This document shows, one piece after another, positions 1 through 8,907 of a stretch of DNA of 64,000 nt. Positions within the stretch are counted from its first letter, which is position 1. Every line of letters starts with the position of its first letter. The stretch is from NCBI GenBank assembly GCA_046728075.1, contig JBKPDV010000032.1, forward strand, positions 3,790 to 67,789, given 5' to 3'. Source of the stretch: Acidobacteriota bacterium (lineage in GTDB: Bacteria > Acidobacteriota > Thermoanaerobaculia > UBA5066 > Gp7-AA6). The notes below the pieces were generated by a model. That model ran no database searches. It had not been told where the DNA came from and worked only from the letters and a program-made list of their open reading frames with translations. The position numbers and the translations under genes are program-made.

Positions 1-273
1 GACGCGCTCGTGGCCGGACTGCGGGCGGCGGGCTTCGAAATCGAGGCGCCCCGCGCCGCGCTCTATCTCTTTCCCAAGGTCTCCTCGGTGCTCGGTCCGA
101 AATCGGCCGTGGCCGCGCAGCACCTCTTGAACGCAGCGCGCGTCGCCACGGTGCCCGGCGTCGTCTTCGGGCCGGAGGGAGAAGGTCACCTCCGTTTCTC
201 GTTCTCCGTCTCCGAGGACACGATTCGCGGAGGCATCGAAGCGCTGAAGTCGCTCTCCACCGCGACGGTCTAG
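1..273 (+). CDS. Aminotransferase class I/II, C-terminal fragment (5' end lies outside the window)
   Basis: The frame is open from nt 1. The C-terminal sequence ...ATVPGVVFGPEGEGHLRFSFSVSEDTIRGGIEALKSL is typical of the C-terminal small domain of PLP-dependent Asp/LL-DAP-type aminotransferases. Confidence 0.6.
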   Translation, partial: DALVAGLRAAGFEIEAPRAALYLFPKVSSVLGPKSAVAAQHLLNAARVATVPGVVFGPEGEGHLRFSFSVSEDTIRGGIEALKSLSTATV

Positions 274-283
274 CGGTTCCCGG

Positions 284-2233
284 TCACGGAACCGAGCGCA
301 CTGCCACCCGGCCCGCTCCCCACTCCGCGGCGTAGACCTCGCTTTCGGCGGGCGGGGCGCCGCGCGGCGCGAGAGTGACCACGGCGCAGGGCGCGAAGCC
401 AGCGAATGGCGGCTCGAGAGCCTTCGGCGCCGACTTGTTCGTCACGTGGACGTGCTCGATCCGGATCTGTGCGCCGGAGATGCCAGCCTCGCGGAGGCTG
501 ACCCAGATCAGGTGCTCGGGATCGTCCGGCCCCATCTCGAGTCCTATTCGCCGGCACTGTTTCGCCGCGACCGCACGCGCCGCGCCGATCAACGGCTCGC
601 GCAGCCCCGGTGAGGCGGCGAAGCTCTGAAGCAGGCGCGGCGCCGACAGGACGCTGTCGGGCCCGAGGAGGGGCCGTGTCGCGTTGACCAGTGCCCACGG
701 CGCGGCGCAGAGCAGAAGCAACGCGGCAATCGCGATCCCGCCGCGCCAGTGCCCGAGAACGACTCCCGCAAACGGAGCGGCGAGAAGAAGAAACGGCAGC
801 TCCAAGCGGGCGCCCCAGGGCTGCCACTTGAGCAGCAGGCTGAAGAGAAGAAAGCCTGCCGCGACGAGTGCGAGAAAGCCCCAGAGCCGGTGCGACTCCG
901 GAAAAGACCGCCGCACGGCGAGAACACCCGCGCACGCCGCGCAAAGGAGGAGATGGAGCGGATTACCCGCCGCATTGTCGAGGAACGCAGCGTAGATCGA
1001 CTCATCGGCATCGGCGATCTGCGCTCCCTCGAGCCGGGCCGGGACGTGAAACTGCGCTCCCCTCCAGGTGGACCGCGGATCGTTGGCCGAGAGGCCAATC
1101 GCCCGATGCAGGGCGAGAACCGCCGCCTCGACGCGGGCGTTCCACGAGGGAAACGGCGTCAAAAGCTGCAGGGAGATGTTTCGCGCGACGTTGGAGAGTG
1201 TGAGACCGGGAGAAAAGGCCTCGTTGACGGTCCCGTGCTCTCCGCCGAGGGGCGTGCCGAAGAGAGAGAGATTTCGCGTCATGTAGCCGGCGTTGACCGC
1301 GAGCGCGAGAAGGGCGGCGGCGGCGAGGCCTCTCGCGCCCCGCGCTCGATTTCGGAAGACGGCGGCGGCGAGAACGAGACCGAAGGGAAAGGCGACCGTG
1401 AGAGCGGTGGCCTTCGTCAGGACGGCGAGCCCGAGGCTTCCTCCCGCCAGCAGCCATCCGGACAGGTTCATCTCTCCCGCCCACACGCGCAGCGCGAAGT
1501 GGGCAAAAACGAGCAGCCAGAACGAAACGACCAGGTCGTTCTGTGTGCTCGAAGCTTGCAGGATGGCCATCGGGAGAGTTGCCGCAAAAACCGCCGCGAC
1601 GCCCTGCCCGAGCCGGCTCGCCCCAAGGTCCTTCGCGAGAAGGGACGCGGCGATCGCCGCTCCCAGCCACGCGAACGTCTGGAGGAAGTTGATCCCGCGG
1701 TCGGATCCGCTCAAGAGCTCGATCTGCGCGGCCAGGAGCTCGGCTCCCGGCGCGAGCGTGAGCTGCCGGAGCACGTGAGTCGGGTAGTGCGACAGGCTCC
1801 CGTTCTGGATCCAATGCGAGATCCGCGGCAGGTGATACGTCATCGAGTCCCAGGCGTTGGGAGCCGCCGCGCCCGCCGTCAGCGCGACGGCGACGAGGAG
1901 AAGCGCCAGCCCCACGAGAAGCCCAATCTCCCGTTTCGACGGCCGAAGAAGCGACGAAGCCTCGCTCGGCGCCGGCGTGCTCGATCCACGCTTCTTCCTC
2001 CAGGCGCTCGCCGCGAGAACGGCCGTCAAGAGCAGCCACGCTCCGATGACCACGGGCCGATTGAAGAGCCGCGCGAGGCTGGAGAGCTCGGCGACCGCCG
2101 TCGCGAAGAGGCCGGCCAGGACTGCCGCCGCCAGGAGAGCTTCCCGACGGCTCGGAGACTGCACTGCCGGTTCTCTCGTTGCTAAAAGGCGGGCGCCCAG
2201 AATCACGCAAAGAAGGGGAAGCAGCGCCGCCAA
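284..2233 (-). CDS. GT-C fold membrane glycosyltransferase (ArnT/PMT-like, GT39/GT83-type)
   Basis: 649 aa with many TM helices. The first periplasmic loop carries an N-terminal 'WDSMTYHLPRISHWIQNGS' motif resembling the DE/Y...W loop of ArnT/PMT-family enzymes. Confidence 0.55.
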   Translation of the reverse strand: MAALLPLLCVILGARLLATREPAVQSPSRREALLAAAVLAGLFATAVAELSSLARLFNRPVVIGAWLLLTAVLAASAWRKKRGSSTPAPSEASSLLRPSKREIGLLVGLALLLVAVALTAGAAAPNAWDSMTYHLPRISHWIQNGSLSHYPTHVLRQLTLAPGAELLAAQIELLSGSDRGINFLQTFAWLGAAIAASLLAKDLGASRLGQGVAAVFAATLPMAILQASSTQNDLVVSFWLLVFAHFALRVWAGEMNLSGWLLAGGSLGLAVLTKATALTVAFPFGLVLAAAVFRNRARGARGLAAAALLALAVNAGYMTRNLSLFGTPLGGEHGTVNEAFSPGLTLSNVARNISLQLLTPFPSWNARVEAAVLALHRAIGLSANDPRSTWRGAQFHVPARLEGAQIADADESIYAAFLDNAAGNPLHLLLCAACAGVLAVRRSFPESHRLWGFLALVAAGFLLFSLLLKWQPWGARLELPFLLLAAPFAGVVLGHWRGGIAIAALLLLCAAPWALVNATRPLLGPDSVLSAPRLLQSFAASPGLREPLIGAARAVAAKQCRRIGLEMGPDDPEHLIWVSLREAGISGAQIRIEHVHVTNKSAPKALEPPFAGFAPCAVVTLAPRGAPPAESEVYAAEWGAGRVAVRSVP

Positions 2234-2241
2234 AGAGATAC

Positions 2242-3012
2242 CTATCGCCGGTACGCTTCCGGCCGCCGGTCCTCCAGCGCCGGAAAGCGCGCGCGCAGCT
2301 TCGCGACTTTGTCCGGCTCGACCTCGGCGACGAGAATCCGCTCCCGCTCGTCTCCCTCGGCCAGCGTCTCACCCAGAGGCGAAATCGCGGCCGAATCGCC
2401 CACGTAATGGAGCCCGTCGCCCTCTCCGACGCGGTTGACGCCGGCGACGTATGCCTGGTTCTCGATGGCGCGCGCCCGCAGGAGCGTCTTCCAGTGCTCG
2501 CGCCGCAGCTCCGGCCAGTTGGCGACGACGACATAGAGATCCGTCTCCGAGGCGGCCGCGCGGAAGGGCTCGGGGAAACGCAGGTCGTAGCAGACGAAGG
2601 GGGTGACGCGTACGCCGTCGATCGGGACAGTTACGACGCGATCCCCCGGCGCGTAGTGGAGATGCTCGCCTCCATAGGAGAAGGGGTGGATCTTCGCGTA
2701 GCGCGCGACGCTGCCGTCCGGAGAGACCACAAGCGCCATATTGTGAGGCCGAGTGTCAGACGTTTCGGGGATGCTCGCGACGATCCAGAGTCCAAGCTCC
2801 TTCGCCGCCCCGCGGAGAAAAGTCTCGGAAGGGCCGCCCGGAGGCTCGGCGACGCGCGCGGCATCCATCGAGAAACCGGTCGAGAACATCTCGGGAAGAA
2901 TCGCAAGTCGAGCTCCCCGTTTTGCGGCCTGCTCGAGCAGGCGCCGGGCGCGCCGGTGGTTTTCGGCGACGTCCTCCCACGCGAGGTCCATCTGCAGGAG
3001 CGCTATTCGCAC
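2242..3012 (-). CDS. Carbon-nitrogen hydrolase family protein (omega-amidase / YafV-Nit2-like)
   Basis: CN-hydrolase signatures are present: VRIALLQ..., AILPEMF, the catalytic-Cys context 'VCYDLRFPE', and AIENQAYVAGVNRVG. The track ORF extends to 3447, but that extension is arginine-rich junk overlapping the upstream aminotransferase. I call the start at GTG 3012, which has a GAGG 5 nt upstream and gives 256 aa, a typical CN-hydrolase size. Confidence 0.75.
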   Translation of the reverse strand: MRIALLQMDLAWEDVAENHRRARRLLEQAAKRGARLAILPEMFSTGFSMDAARVAEPPGGPSETFLRGAAKELGLWIVASIPETSDTRPHNMALVVSPDGSVARYAKIHPFSYGGEHLHYAPGDRVVTVPIDGVRVTPFVCYDLRFPEPFRAAASETDLYVVVANWPELRREHWKTLLRARAIENQAYVAGVNRVGEGDGLHYVGDSAAISPLGETLAEGDERERILVAEVEPDKVAKLRARFPALEDRRPEAYRR

Positions 3013-4157
3013 AGGCGCCTCAATCTCGCAACCGCGGTCTCGAGCGTCGAGTCTTTCTTGCAGAACGCAAAGCGCGCGTAACTCTTCCCGCGCTCGGGAT
3101 GCTCGTAGAAGACCGAGGGGGGAATCGCCGCGACGCCGATCTGCTCGATCAGCCTCCGGCAGAACGCGACGTCGTCGTCGAAGCCCAGAGGGCGGAAGTC
3201 CGCGCAGACGTAGTAAGTCCCGGCGGGCGAGCTCACTCGGAAGCCGATCGCGGCAAGCTCCTGAACCAGGTAGTCGCGCTTGCCCTGATAGGAGTCGCGC
3301 AGCAGGCGGTAGTACTCCGAGCCGGTCGAGAGCGCCACGGCGGCGCCGTGCTGCAGAGGAGTGGCCGTCGCGAAGGTGACGAACTGATGCGCGGCCCGGA
3401 CCGCGGCGGAGAGAGGCGCGGGCGCCGCCGCCCAGCCGATCTTCCACCCCGTCAGCGAGAACGTCTTTCCAAACGACGAGATCGTGATCGTCCTTTCCCG
3501 CATTCCGGTAAGGGTCGCCATCGGCACGTGATGCCCGTCGTAAACGATGTGCTCGTAGACCTCGTCGGTCAGGCAGAGGGCGTCCTCTTCGCGGCAGATT
3601 CCGGCGATCGTCTCGAGCTCGCCGCCGGAGAAGACCTTGCCCGTTGGATTGTGGGGGCTGTTCACCAGGATCGCGCGCGCTCCCTGCGCGGCTCGCCGCA
3701 GCCCTTCGACGTCAAAGCTCCAGTCCGGCGCCTCGAGCGTGACAAACCGCGGGATGGCGCCTGCCATCGCGACGGCGGCGCGGTAGGAGTCGTAGTACGG
3801 CTCGAAGAGAACCACCGCGTCGCCCGGCTCACAGATTCCCTGCAGCGCCGAAAAGATCGCCTCGGTCGCGCCGGAGGTGACGGTGATCTCCGTGTCCGGA
3901 TCGTAATCGAGCTCATAGTCGCGCCGGTACTTGGCCGAGAGCACGCGGGCGAGCTCGGGTGTGCCGCTCATCCGCGCGTACTGTCCGTGGCCCTCGCGAA
4001 TCGCCCGGATCGCGGCGTCCTTCGCGAACTCGGGCCCGTCGAAGTCCGGAAAACCCTGCGCCAGGTTCACGGCGTCGTGCTGCTGCGCCAGGCGCGTCAT
4101 CTCCGTAAAGATGGTCGTCCCGAAGGGAACGAGGGCGCTTCGAATTGGGGAGCGCAT
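3003..4157 (-). CDS. PLP-dependent aminotransferase, methionine/glutamine aminotransferase (YbdL/KAT-like)
   Basis: 384 aa. It carries the 'NSPHNPTGKV' and 'SFGKTFSLTGWKIGW' (Lys-PLP) motifs of class-I aminotransferases and the overall layout of YbdL/kynurenine aminotransferases. Confidence 0.8.
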   Translation of the reverse strand: MRSPIRSALVPFGTTIFTEMTRLAQQHDAVNLAQGFPDFDGPEFAKDAAIRAIREGHGQYARMSGTPELARVLSAKYRRDYELDYDPDTEITVTSGATEAIFSALQGICEPGDAVVLFEPYYDSYRAAVAMAGAIPRFVTLEAPDWSFDVEGLRRAAQGARAILVNSPHNPTGKVFSGGELETIAGICREEDALCLTDEVYEHIVYDGHHVPMATLTGMRERTITISSFGKTFSLTGWKIGWAAAPAPLSAAVRAAHQFVTFATATPLQHGAAVALSTGSEYYRLLRDSYQGKRDYLVQELAAIGFRVSSPAGTYYVCADFRPLGFDDDVAFCRRLIEQIGVAAIPPSVFYEHPERGKSYARFAFCKKDSTLETAVARLRRLCE

Positions 4158-4162
4158 TGGGA

Positions 4163-4345
4163 GAAAGCTATCAGCTATCAGGTTTGAGCTTTCAGCTATC
4201 AGCTTTCAGCTATCAGCCAGAACCTCAAGTTGCTTGATCGGCGTATTTCGCAGCGTGTGAACTCGCATAAGCTCCGCTTGCCTCGTTTGCTACGAACGAC
4301 CCGAACCCAAGAGCTGAGAGCTGGTAGCTGAAAGCTGAGAGCTAA
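4163..4345. repeat. Low-GC inverted-repeat element (tandem AGCTTTCAGCTATC units opposed by AGCTGAAAGCTGAGAGCT)
   Basis: Positions 4187-4214 hold two tandem copies of the 14-mer agctttcagctatc. Positions 4310-4345 hold the near reverse-complement (tagctgaaagctgagagcta). The arms flank about 95 bp in the divergent aminotransferase/trxB intergenic region. Confidence 0.5.
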
Positions 4346-4350
4346 TCCAA

Positions 4351-5301
4351 ATGCCTTGCAAAAAGATCCATTACCGTGTCGCCATCATCGGCTCGGGGCC
4401 GGCCGGCTGGACCGCCGCCCTCTACGCTTCCCGCGCGGAGCTCGAGCCGGTCGTCTTCGAGGGACCCCAGCCGGGCGGCCAGCTGACGATCACGACCGAG
4501 GTGGAGAACTACCCGGGTTTTGCCAAGGGGATTCAGGGGCCCGAGCTCATGGAAGTTTTTCGCGAGCAGGCCAGGCGGTTCGGCACCGAGGTCGTCCTGG
4601 ATACCGTCATCGACGTGGATTTTTCCGCCCGTCCCTTCCGCATCCAGCTCGACGGGGGCGAGAAGGTGACGGCCGACGCCGTCATCGTTTCCTCCGGAGC
4701 CTCGGCGAAGCTCCTCGGCATCCCCTCCGAGGGCCACTTGATGGGGCACGGGGTTTCCGCCTGCGCGACGTGCGACGCCTTCTTCTTCAAGGGCAAGGAA
4801 GTCGTCGTCGTCGGGGGCGGCGACACTGCCATGGAGGAGGCCACCTTCCTGACGAAGTTCGCCACGAAGGTGACGATCATCCATCGCCGCGAGGAGTTTC
4901 GCGCTTCCAAGATCATGCTCGAGCGCGCCCGCATGAACGCGAAGATCGCCTGGAAGCTGAACGCGACCGTTTCGGAGATTCACGGCGCAGTCGGTAAGGG
5001 AATCCAGGCGGTGTCGCTCCAGGACACGCGCAGCGGCGAGACTTCCCGGCTCGCGACGCAGGGCGTCTTCATCGCGATCGGCCACGAGCCCAACACGAAG
5101 ATTTTCCGGGGCAAGCTCGAGATGAACGACGTGGGCTACATCAAGATCAAGCATCCCTCCACTCAGACGTCGGTCGAAGGCGTCTTCGCCGCGGGCGATG
5201 TGGCCGACCCGACCTACCGTCAAGCCGTCTCCGCCGCCGGCGAAGGCTGCAAGGCCGCGATCGACGCCGAGCGCTGGCTCGCGTCGAAGGGGGTCCATTG
5301 A
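4351..5301 (+). CDS. trxB: Thioredoxin-disulfide reductase
   Basis: The sequence has an FAD GxGxxG motif ([10 protein letters not shown]), the redox CATC motif ([10 protein letters not shown]), an NADPH site ([14 protein letters not shown]), and is 316 aa. Confidence 0.9.
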   Translation: MPCKKIHYRVAIIGSGPAGWTAALYASRAELEPVVFEGPQPGGQLTITTEVENYPGFAKGIQGPELMEVFREQARRFGTEVVLDTVIDVDFSARPFRIQLDGGEKVTADAVIVSSGASAKLLGIPSEGHLMGHGVSACATCDAFFFKGKEVVVVGGGDTAMEEATFLTKFATKVTIIHRREEFRASKIMLERARMNAKIAWKLNATVSEIHGAVGKGIQAVSLQDTRSGETSRLATQGVFIAIGHEPNTKIFRGKLEMNDVGYIKIKHPSTQTSVEGVFAAGDVADPTYRQAVSAAGEGCKAAIDAERWLASKGVH

Positions 5302-5302
5302 A

Positions 5303-5548
5303 GACGGGGAGCGGGAAGCAGGAAGCGGGAAGCGAGAAACGAAGCTGAGCCCGCAAGATCCACTCGTGCCTGCCAACGAGCCGAACGGCGAACCACAACG
5401 CACATCCTTCTTCTCCAGCCTCGCTTACGTCTTCGGCTTCTTCTTCGCGCTAGCGCTGCTCGCCTGGGTCGGAGCGTGCCTCTTGCGCCATCTTCATTAG
5501 GCGCCGAACGCTACCCGCTCCCCGCTCCCAGCTTCCCGCTTCAAGCCC
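5303..5548. repeat. Imperfect inverted repeat (GGGAGCGGGAAGC-type units) flanking a possible 44-aa hydrophobic peptide ORF (GTG 5366..5500)
   Basis: The left arm at 5305-5338 is ggggagcgggaagcaggaagcgggaagcgag. The right arm at 5513-5545 is its approximate reverse complement (ccgctccccgctcccagcttcccgcttc). The internal frame encodes ...SFFSSLAYVFGFFFALALLAWVGACLLRHLH*. Confidence 0.4.
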
Positions 5549-5602
5549 GCGCCCCGGCCTCTTCTAAACCGTCTCCTCTAAACGCCGTAATACCCTTCGA
5601 AG

Positions 5603-6871
5603 ATGTCGGCCAACGGATGGGATCGCGTCAATCCCTGGCGCGGGTTGCGTGGTTTGCCGCGGCAGGTCTGGGTGCTCTCTTTGGCGACGCTCGTCAACAA
5701 GGCGGGCTCGATGGTGCTCGCCTTTCTCGTCCTCTACCTGACCCGGCAGCTTCGCTTTTCCGACGGCGCGGCGGCCAACGTGCTCCTCCTCTACGGAGCG
5801 GCTGCTCTCGTCGCCGCGCCCGTGGCGGGATTTCTGTGCGACCGCTGGGGGCCGATCCGGATCATGCGTGGATCGATGTTCTTTTCCGGGCTCATCATGC
5901 TGCTCTTCCCCCTGGCCCGCAGCATGACTCTGGTCGTTCTCGCGACCTTGGCTCTCTCGGTGACGGCGGAGGCGTTCCGCCCGGCGAACCTGACGATCTT
6001 CGGGGATCTCGTCCGGCCCGAGCAGCGCAAGGCCGGTTTTGCCTTGAACCGCCTGGCGATCAACCTCGGGATGAGCATCGGGCCGGCGCTGGGAGGATTC
6101 CTCGCGACGATCTCTTTCTTCTGGCTCTTCGTGATCAATGGCGCGACGGCGCTCGCGGCCGGCGTGATTCTCGCGCTCGCCTCCTTCCCGCAGCACCGGC
6201 ATTCCGCGGACGCCGCTGAGCTCGAAGCCGCCGTCTCGCCGCTCGCGCACGCGCCGCGAGGCTACCGGGACCGGCGGCTGATTTTCTTTCTGGCGGGAGT
6301 CCTGCCGGTCGCCATGGTGCTCTTCCAGCACATCGCCAGCATGTCCGTCTACCTCGTGCGGAACCTCCACTTCTCCGTAGCGACCTACGGCCTGCTCTTC
6401 ACGTTGAACTGCCTGCTCATCGTGCTGCTGGAAGTACCGGTCAACGTCGCCACCGCCCATTGGCCGCACCGGCGGACGCTCTCGATTGGTGCGGCCCTGT
6501 TCGGCGTGGGATTCGGAGCGCTCGCGTTTGCGACCAACGTCTGGGCCGTGGCGGCGACGGTCGTGATCTGGACCTTCGGCGAGATGTTCTTCTTCCCGGG
6601 AATGGCGGCTTACCTGACCGATGTCGCGCCGGTGGATCGCCGGGGCGAGTACATGGGCCTTTCTCAGATGGTCATGGGCCTGGCTTTCATGCTCGGGCCC
6701 TGGGGTGGCATGCTGGTGCTCGCGCGGTTCGGCCCAAAGGTCCTCTGGGCCGCAACGTTCGTCGCGGGCCTCGTGGCCGCTGCGATGATGTCGCGCCTCG
6801 GCCAGCCGAGCCACGCCCATGAATCGACCGCGGTTCCCTCTCCGACCTCTGTGACCTCGGCGGAACCCTAA
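5603..6871 (+). CDS. MFS transporter
   Basis: 422 aa with about 12 predicted TM helices. It shows an MFS-like loop 2-3 'DRWGPIRIM' and a duplicated 6-TM architecture. Confidence 0.75.
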   Translation: MSANGWDRVNPWRGLRGLPRQVWVLSLATLVNKAGSMVLAFLVLYLTRQLRFSDGAAANVLLLYGAAALVAAPVAGFLCDRWGPIRIMRGSMFFSGLIMLLFPLARSMTLVVLATLALSVTAEAFRPANLTIFGDLVRPEQRKAGFALNRLAINLGMSIGPALGGFLATISFFWLFVINGATALAAGVILALASFPQHRHSADAAELEAAVSPLAHAPRGYRDRRLIFFLAGVLPVAMVLFQHIASMSVYLVRNLHFSVATYGLLFTLNCLLIVLLEVPVNVATAHWPHRRTLSIGAALFGVGFGALAFATNVWAVAATVVIWTFGEMFFFPGMAAYLTDVAPVDRRGEYMGLSQMVMGLAFMLGPWGGMLVLARFGPKVLWAATFVAGLVAAAMMSRLGQPSHAHESTAVPSPTSVTSAEP

Positions 6872-6951
6872 CGGCGCATCGCCGAGAGATATCCTCGGGA
6901 GACCTTCTCCGCTGACGGGACGGGGGTGAACCGTCTGTCGAAGGGAGTGTC

Positions 6952-8784
6952 ATGCGATCCGTCCGCTTTCGCGGCCTCGTGTTCGGGATGTTGCTGCTCA
7001 CTCCAATCCCTGTCAGCGGCGACTTCCTCGAACAGGTCGGAGACGCGATCCGCGACGGAGCCATCACCCTCCGGCTCGCGCTGACCGCCGGCCGTGTTCC
7101 GACCTCCAAGGGATGGGATCTCGTGGTCGTCGGCGAGCCGGAGGCGAACCTCGAAGCGAAGGCGAAGGATGGGCATCTCGAATCCCTCTCCTTCCGCGTC
7201 CCGGACAACACAGTGATTCTCGTTGGACATGGCCTGCGGCCAGATGTCGTTCTCGAGTCGCTTTCCGCGGACGCGAACGGAAAAATCGTGTCGACGCGAT
7301 TCCATGGCCATGGCCTCGGGCGTCCGATCCTCTGGCTGCTCGGGGGAATCGCCCGGGGTGCGGTCCAAAAGATCCCGCTTCAGACGTCTCTTTCGCAGCT
7401 GGTTCGCGGAAATCTTCTCGCGACGGCGTCCCCGGGACCGGCGGCGGCGGCGCCGAAGAGGCCTCCCCCTTCCGACGCGGCAGCGGCGCCGCCAGGTCCT
7501 CCCGCTCCGTCGTTTCTCGATCTCGTGCGCGAGGCGCGCTTCGACGGGATGACGCTTTCGACGTTCGGGGGACGGCACGTCGACCTCGGCGACTTCCTTT
7601 CGTTCGAGACCGAAGCCGACTCCGGCGCCGGCGCGCCTCTCGAATTGATCTTCGATCGAGGTGCCTTCCGCCCGGGACACGGCGGAAGCCCGTCGCAATA
7701 CGACCTCGACTTCCGCCTGGAAGCGCGCCTGGCGGCCGGACGCTTGCAGTTCGGACAGGACCGGCTCGTCTTTCGGCGGGGCGACCTTCACGGATGCCGG
7801 ATCGAATTACGCCAGGACGCACCGGCCCCTCTCTTCTACCGTGTGGCGGCCGGGCAGCTCGTCCTCGATCTGGCCCGCGGACAGTTTCGATTCCCGGGCG
7901 GGATCGCGCTGGCCGTCGAAGAGGGCTCGCGCGCTTCGGCTGCCGACTTCCGTCTCTCCGAGCGGAACGAGGTCTCGGGCGTCTTCGACGTCGATCTCTC
8001 CGGCCACACGGGGGAGATCCGCCGCGTCGGCAGCCGCGTGGCCCTCGAGTCCGCGACTCTCCGCGGCCGCGGCCTGCGTTTTGACCGCAACCGCGTCACC
8101 GGAAACGTCGACCTCGCGTTCGGGTACCGGCTCTCTCATCTGTTTGTCGTTCACTATCCAGTCGCCGGGCTTGCGCCGCGCCCGGTGCCGCTCGAGTTTT
8201 CCGGTCCGTTGACCGCTCGCCTGTCTCTTGTCGGCGTCGGTCCGGGCGAAGGCTCCGTAACAGGCGACTACTCCTTCAAGATGCCTTGGCCTCCCGTCGA
8301 GAAAGTGGCGCTTGCGGCTTTGACGGCGCGCTGGAGCCAGGACCTGACGCCCGCGCTGCAGAAGGTGCAGTTCGAAGTCGAGGGGACCCGGTTCGGTCCC
8401 TGCGGCGAACATTGCTTCCTCGTCAAGATCCGGCTCCAGGCCCGGAAGGGAAGCCGCCGACACTATCTCTTCCGGGAGAGGTGCGCTCCGGAAGGACAGG
8501 CGGATCTCGAGGTCGACGCGCCGCAGCGCCGATTCGTGCTGCGTCACGTCAAGCTCCGGCCATTGTGCGAGGGCGTTCTCGGATGGTTTGCCAACGTCAT
8601 CGCTCCTCTCCTGACAAAGAGCTACGAAGACATCACGCTCTTTCAACTGCCCGAGGACCTCCCCTTCTCGATCGAATCGGTCGCGAGCGGAGTGGACTGG
8701 ATCGAGATCGGTGGAAAAGTCTCCTGGACCCCGGAGGCGCGCGGAGAAGGCGAAGCCGCCGAAGGCGGCCGTCACCAACCTTGA
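6952..8784 (+). CDS. Hypothetical secreted protein (signal peptide, no recognisable domain)
   Basis: 610 aa with a clean N-terminal signal peptide (MRSVRFRGLVFGMLLLTPIPVSG). Third-position GC is consistent with coding. I recognise no catalytic motif. Confidence 0.5.
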   Translation: MRSVRFRGLVFGMLLLTPIPVSGDFLEQVGDAIRDGAITLRLALTAGRVPTSKGWDLVVVGEPEANLEAKAKDGHLESLSFRVPDNTVILVGHGLRPDVVLESLSADANGKIVSTRFHGHGLGRPILWLLGGIARGAVQKIPLQTSLSQLVRGNLLATASPGPAAAAPKRPPPSDAAAAPPGPPAPSFLDLVREARFDGMTLSTFGGRHVDLGDFLSFETEADSGAGAPLELIFDRGAFRPGHGGSPSQYDLDFRLEARLAAGRLQFGQDRLVFRRGDLHGCRIELRQDAPAPLFYRVAAGQLVLDLARGQFRFPGGIALAVEEGSRASAADFRLSERNEVSGVFDVDLSGHTGEIRRVGSRVALESATLRGRGLRFDRNRVTGNVDLAFGYRLSHLFVVHYPVAGLAPRPVPLEFSGPLTARLSLVGVGPGEGSVTGDYSFKMPWPPVEKVALAALTARWSQDLTPALQKVQFEVEGTRFGPCGEHCFLVKIRLQARKGSRRHYLFRERCAPEGQADLEVDAPQRRFVLRHVKLRPLCEGVLGWFANVIAPLLTKSYEDITLFQLPEDLPFSIESVASGVDWIEIGGKVSWTPEARGEGEAAEGGRHQP

Positions 8785-8907
8785 TCCCGGCGCGCGGCGC
8801 GATCGCCCGAAACGCACGGCTGTGGACGCTCGACACGGAAGACTTCGACGACATCCCGGACCTGGAGGTCTCTGCATCCGGCGCGAACTGACGAAGCGTT
8901 CGCTGCC

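Noticed and set aside
749-2185. 478-aa plus-strand ORF (and the many other 100-650-aa ORFs antisense to annotated genes, e.g. 18313-19857, 20230-22131, 26656-28623, 35659-36432, 38504-40084)
   Set aside because: These are typical GC-rich antisense open frames. Their Arg/Pro/Gly-rich low-complexity translations have no motifs, and every one is fully embedded in a well-supported gene on the other strand.
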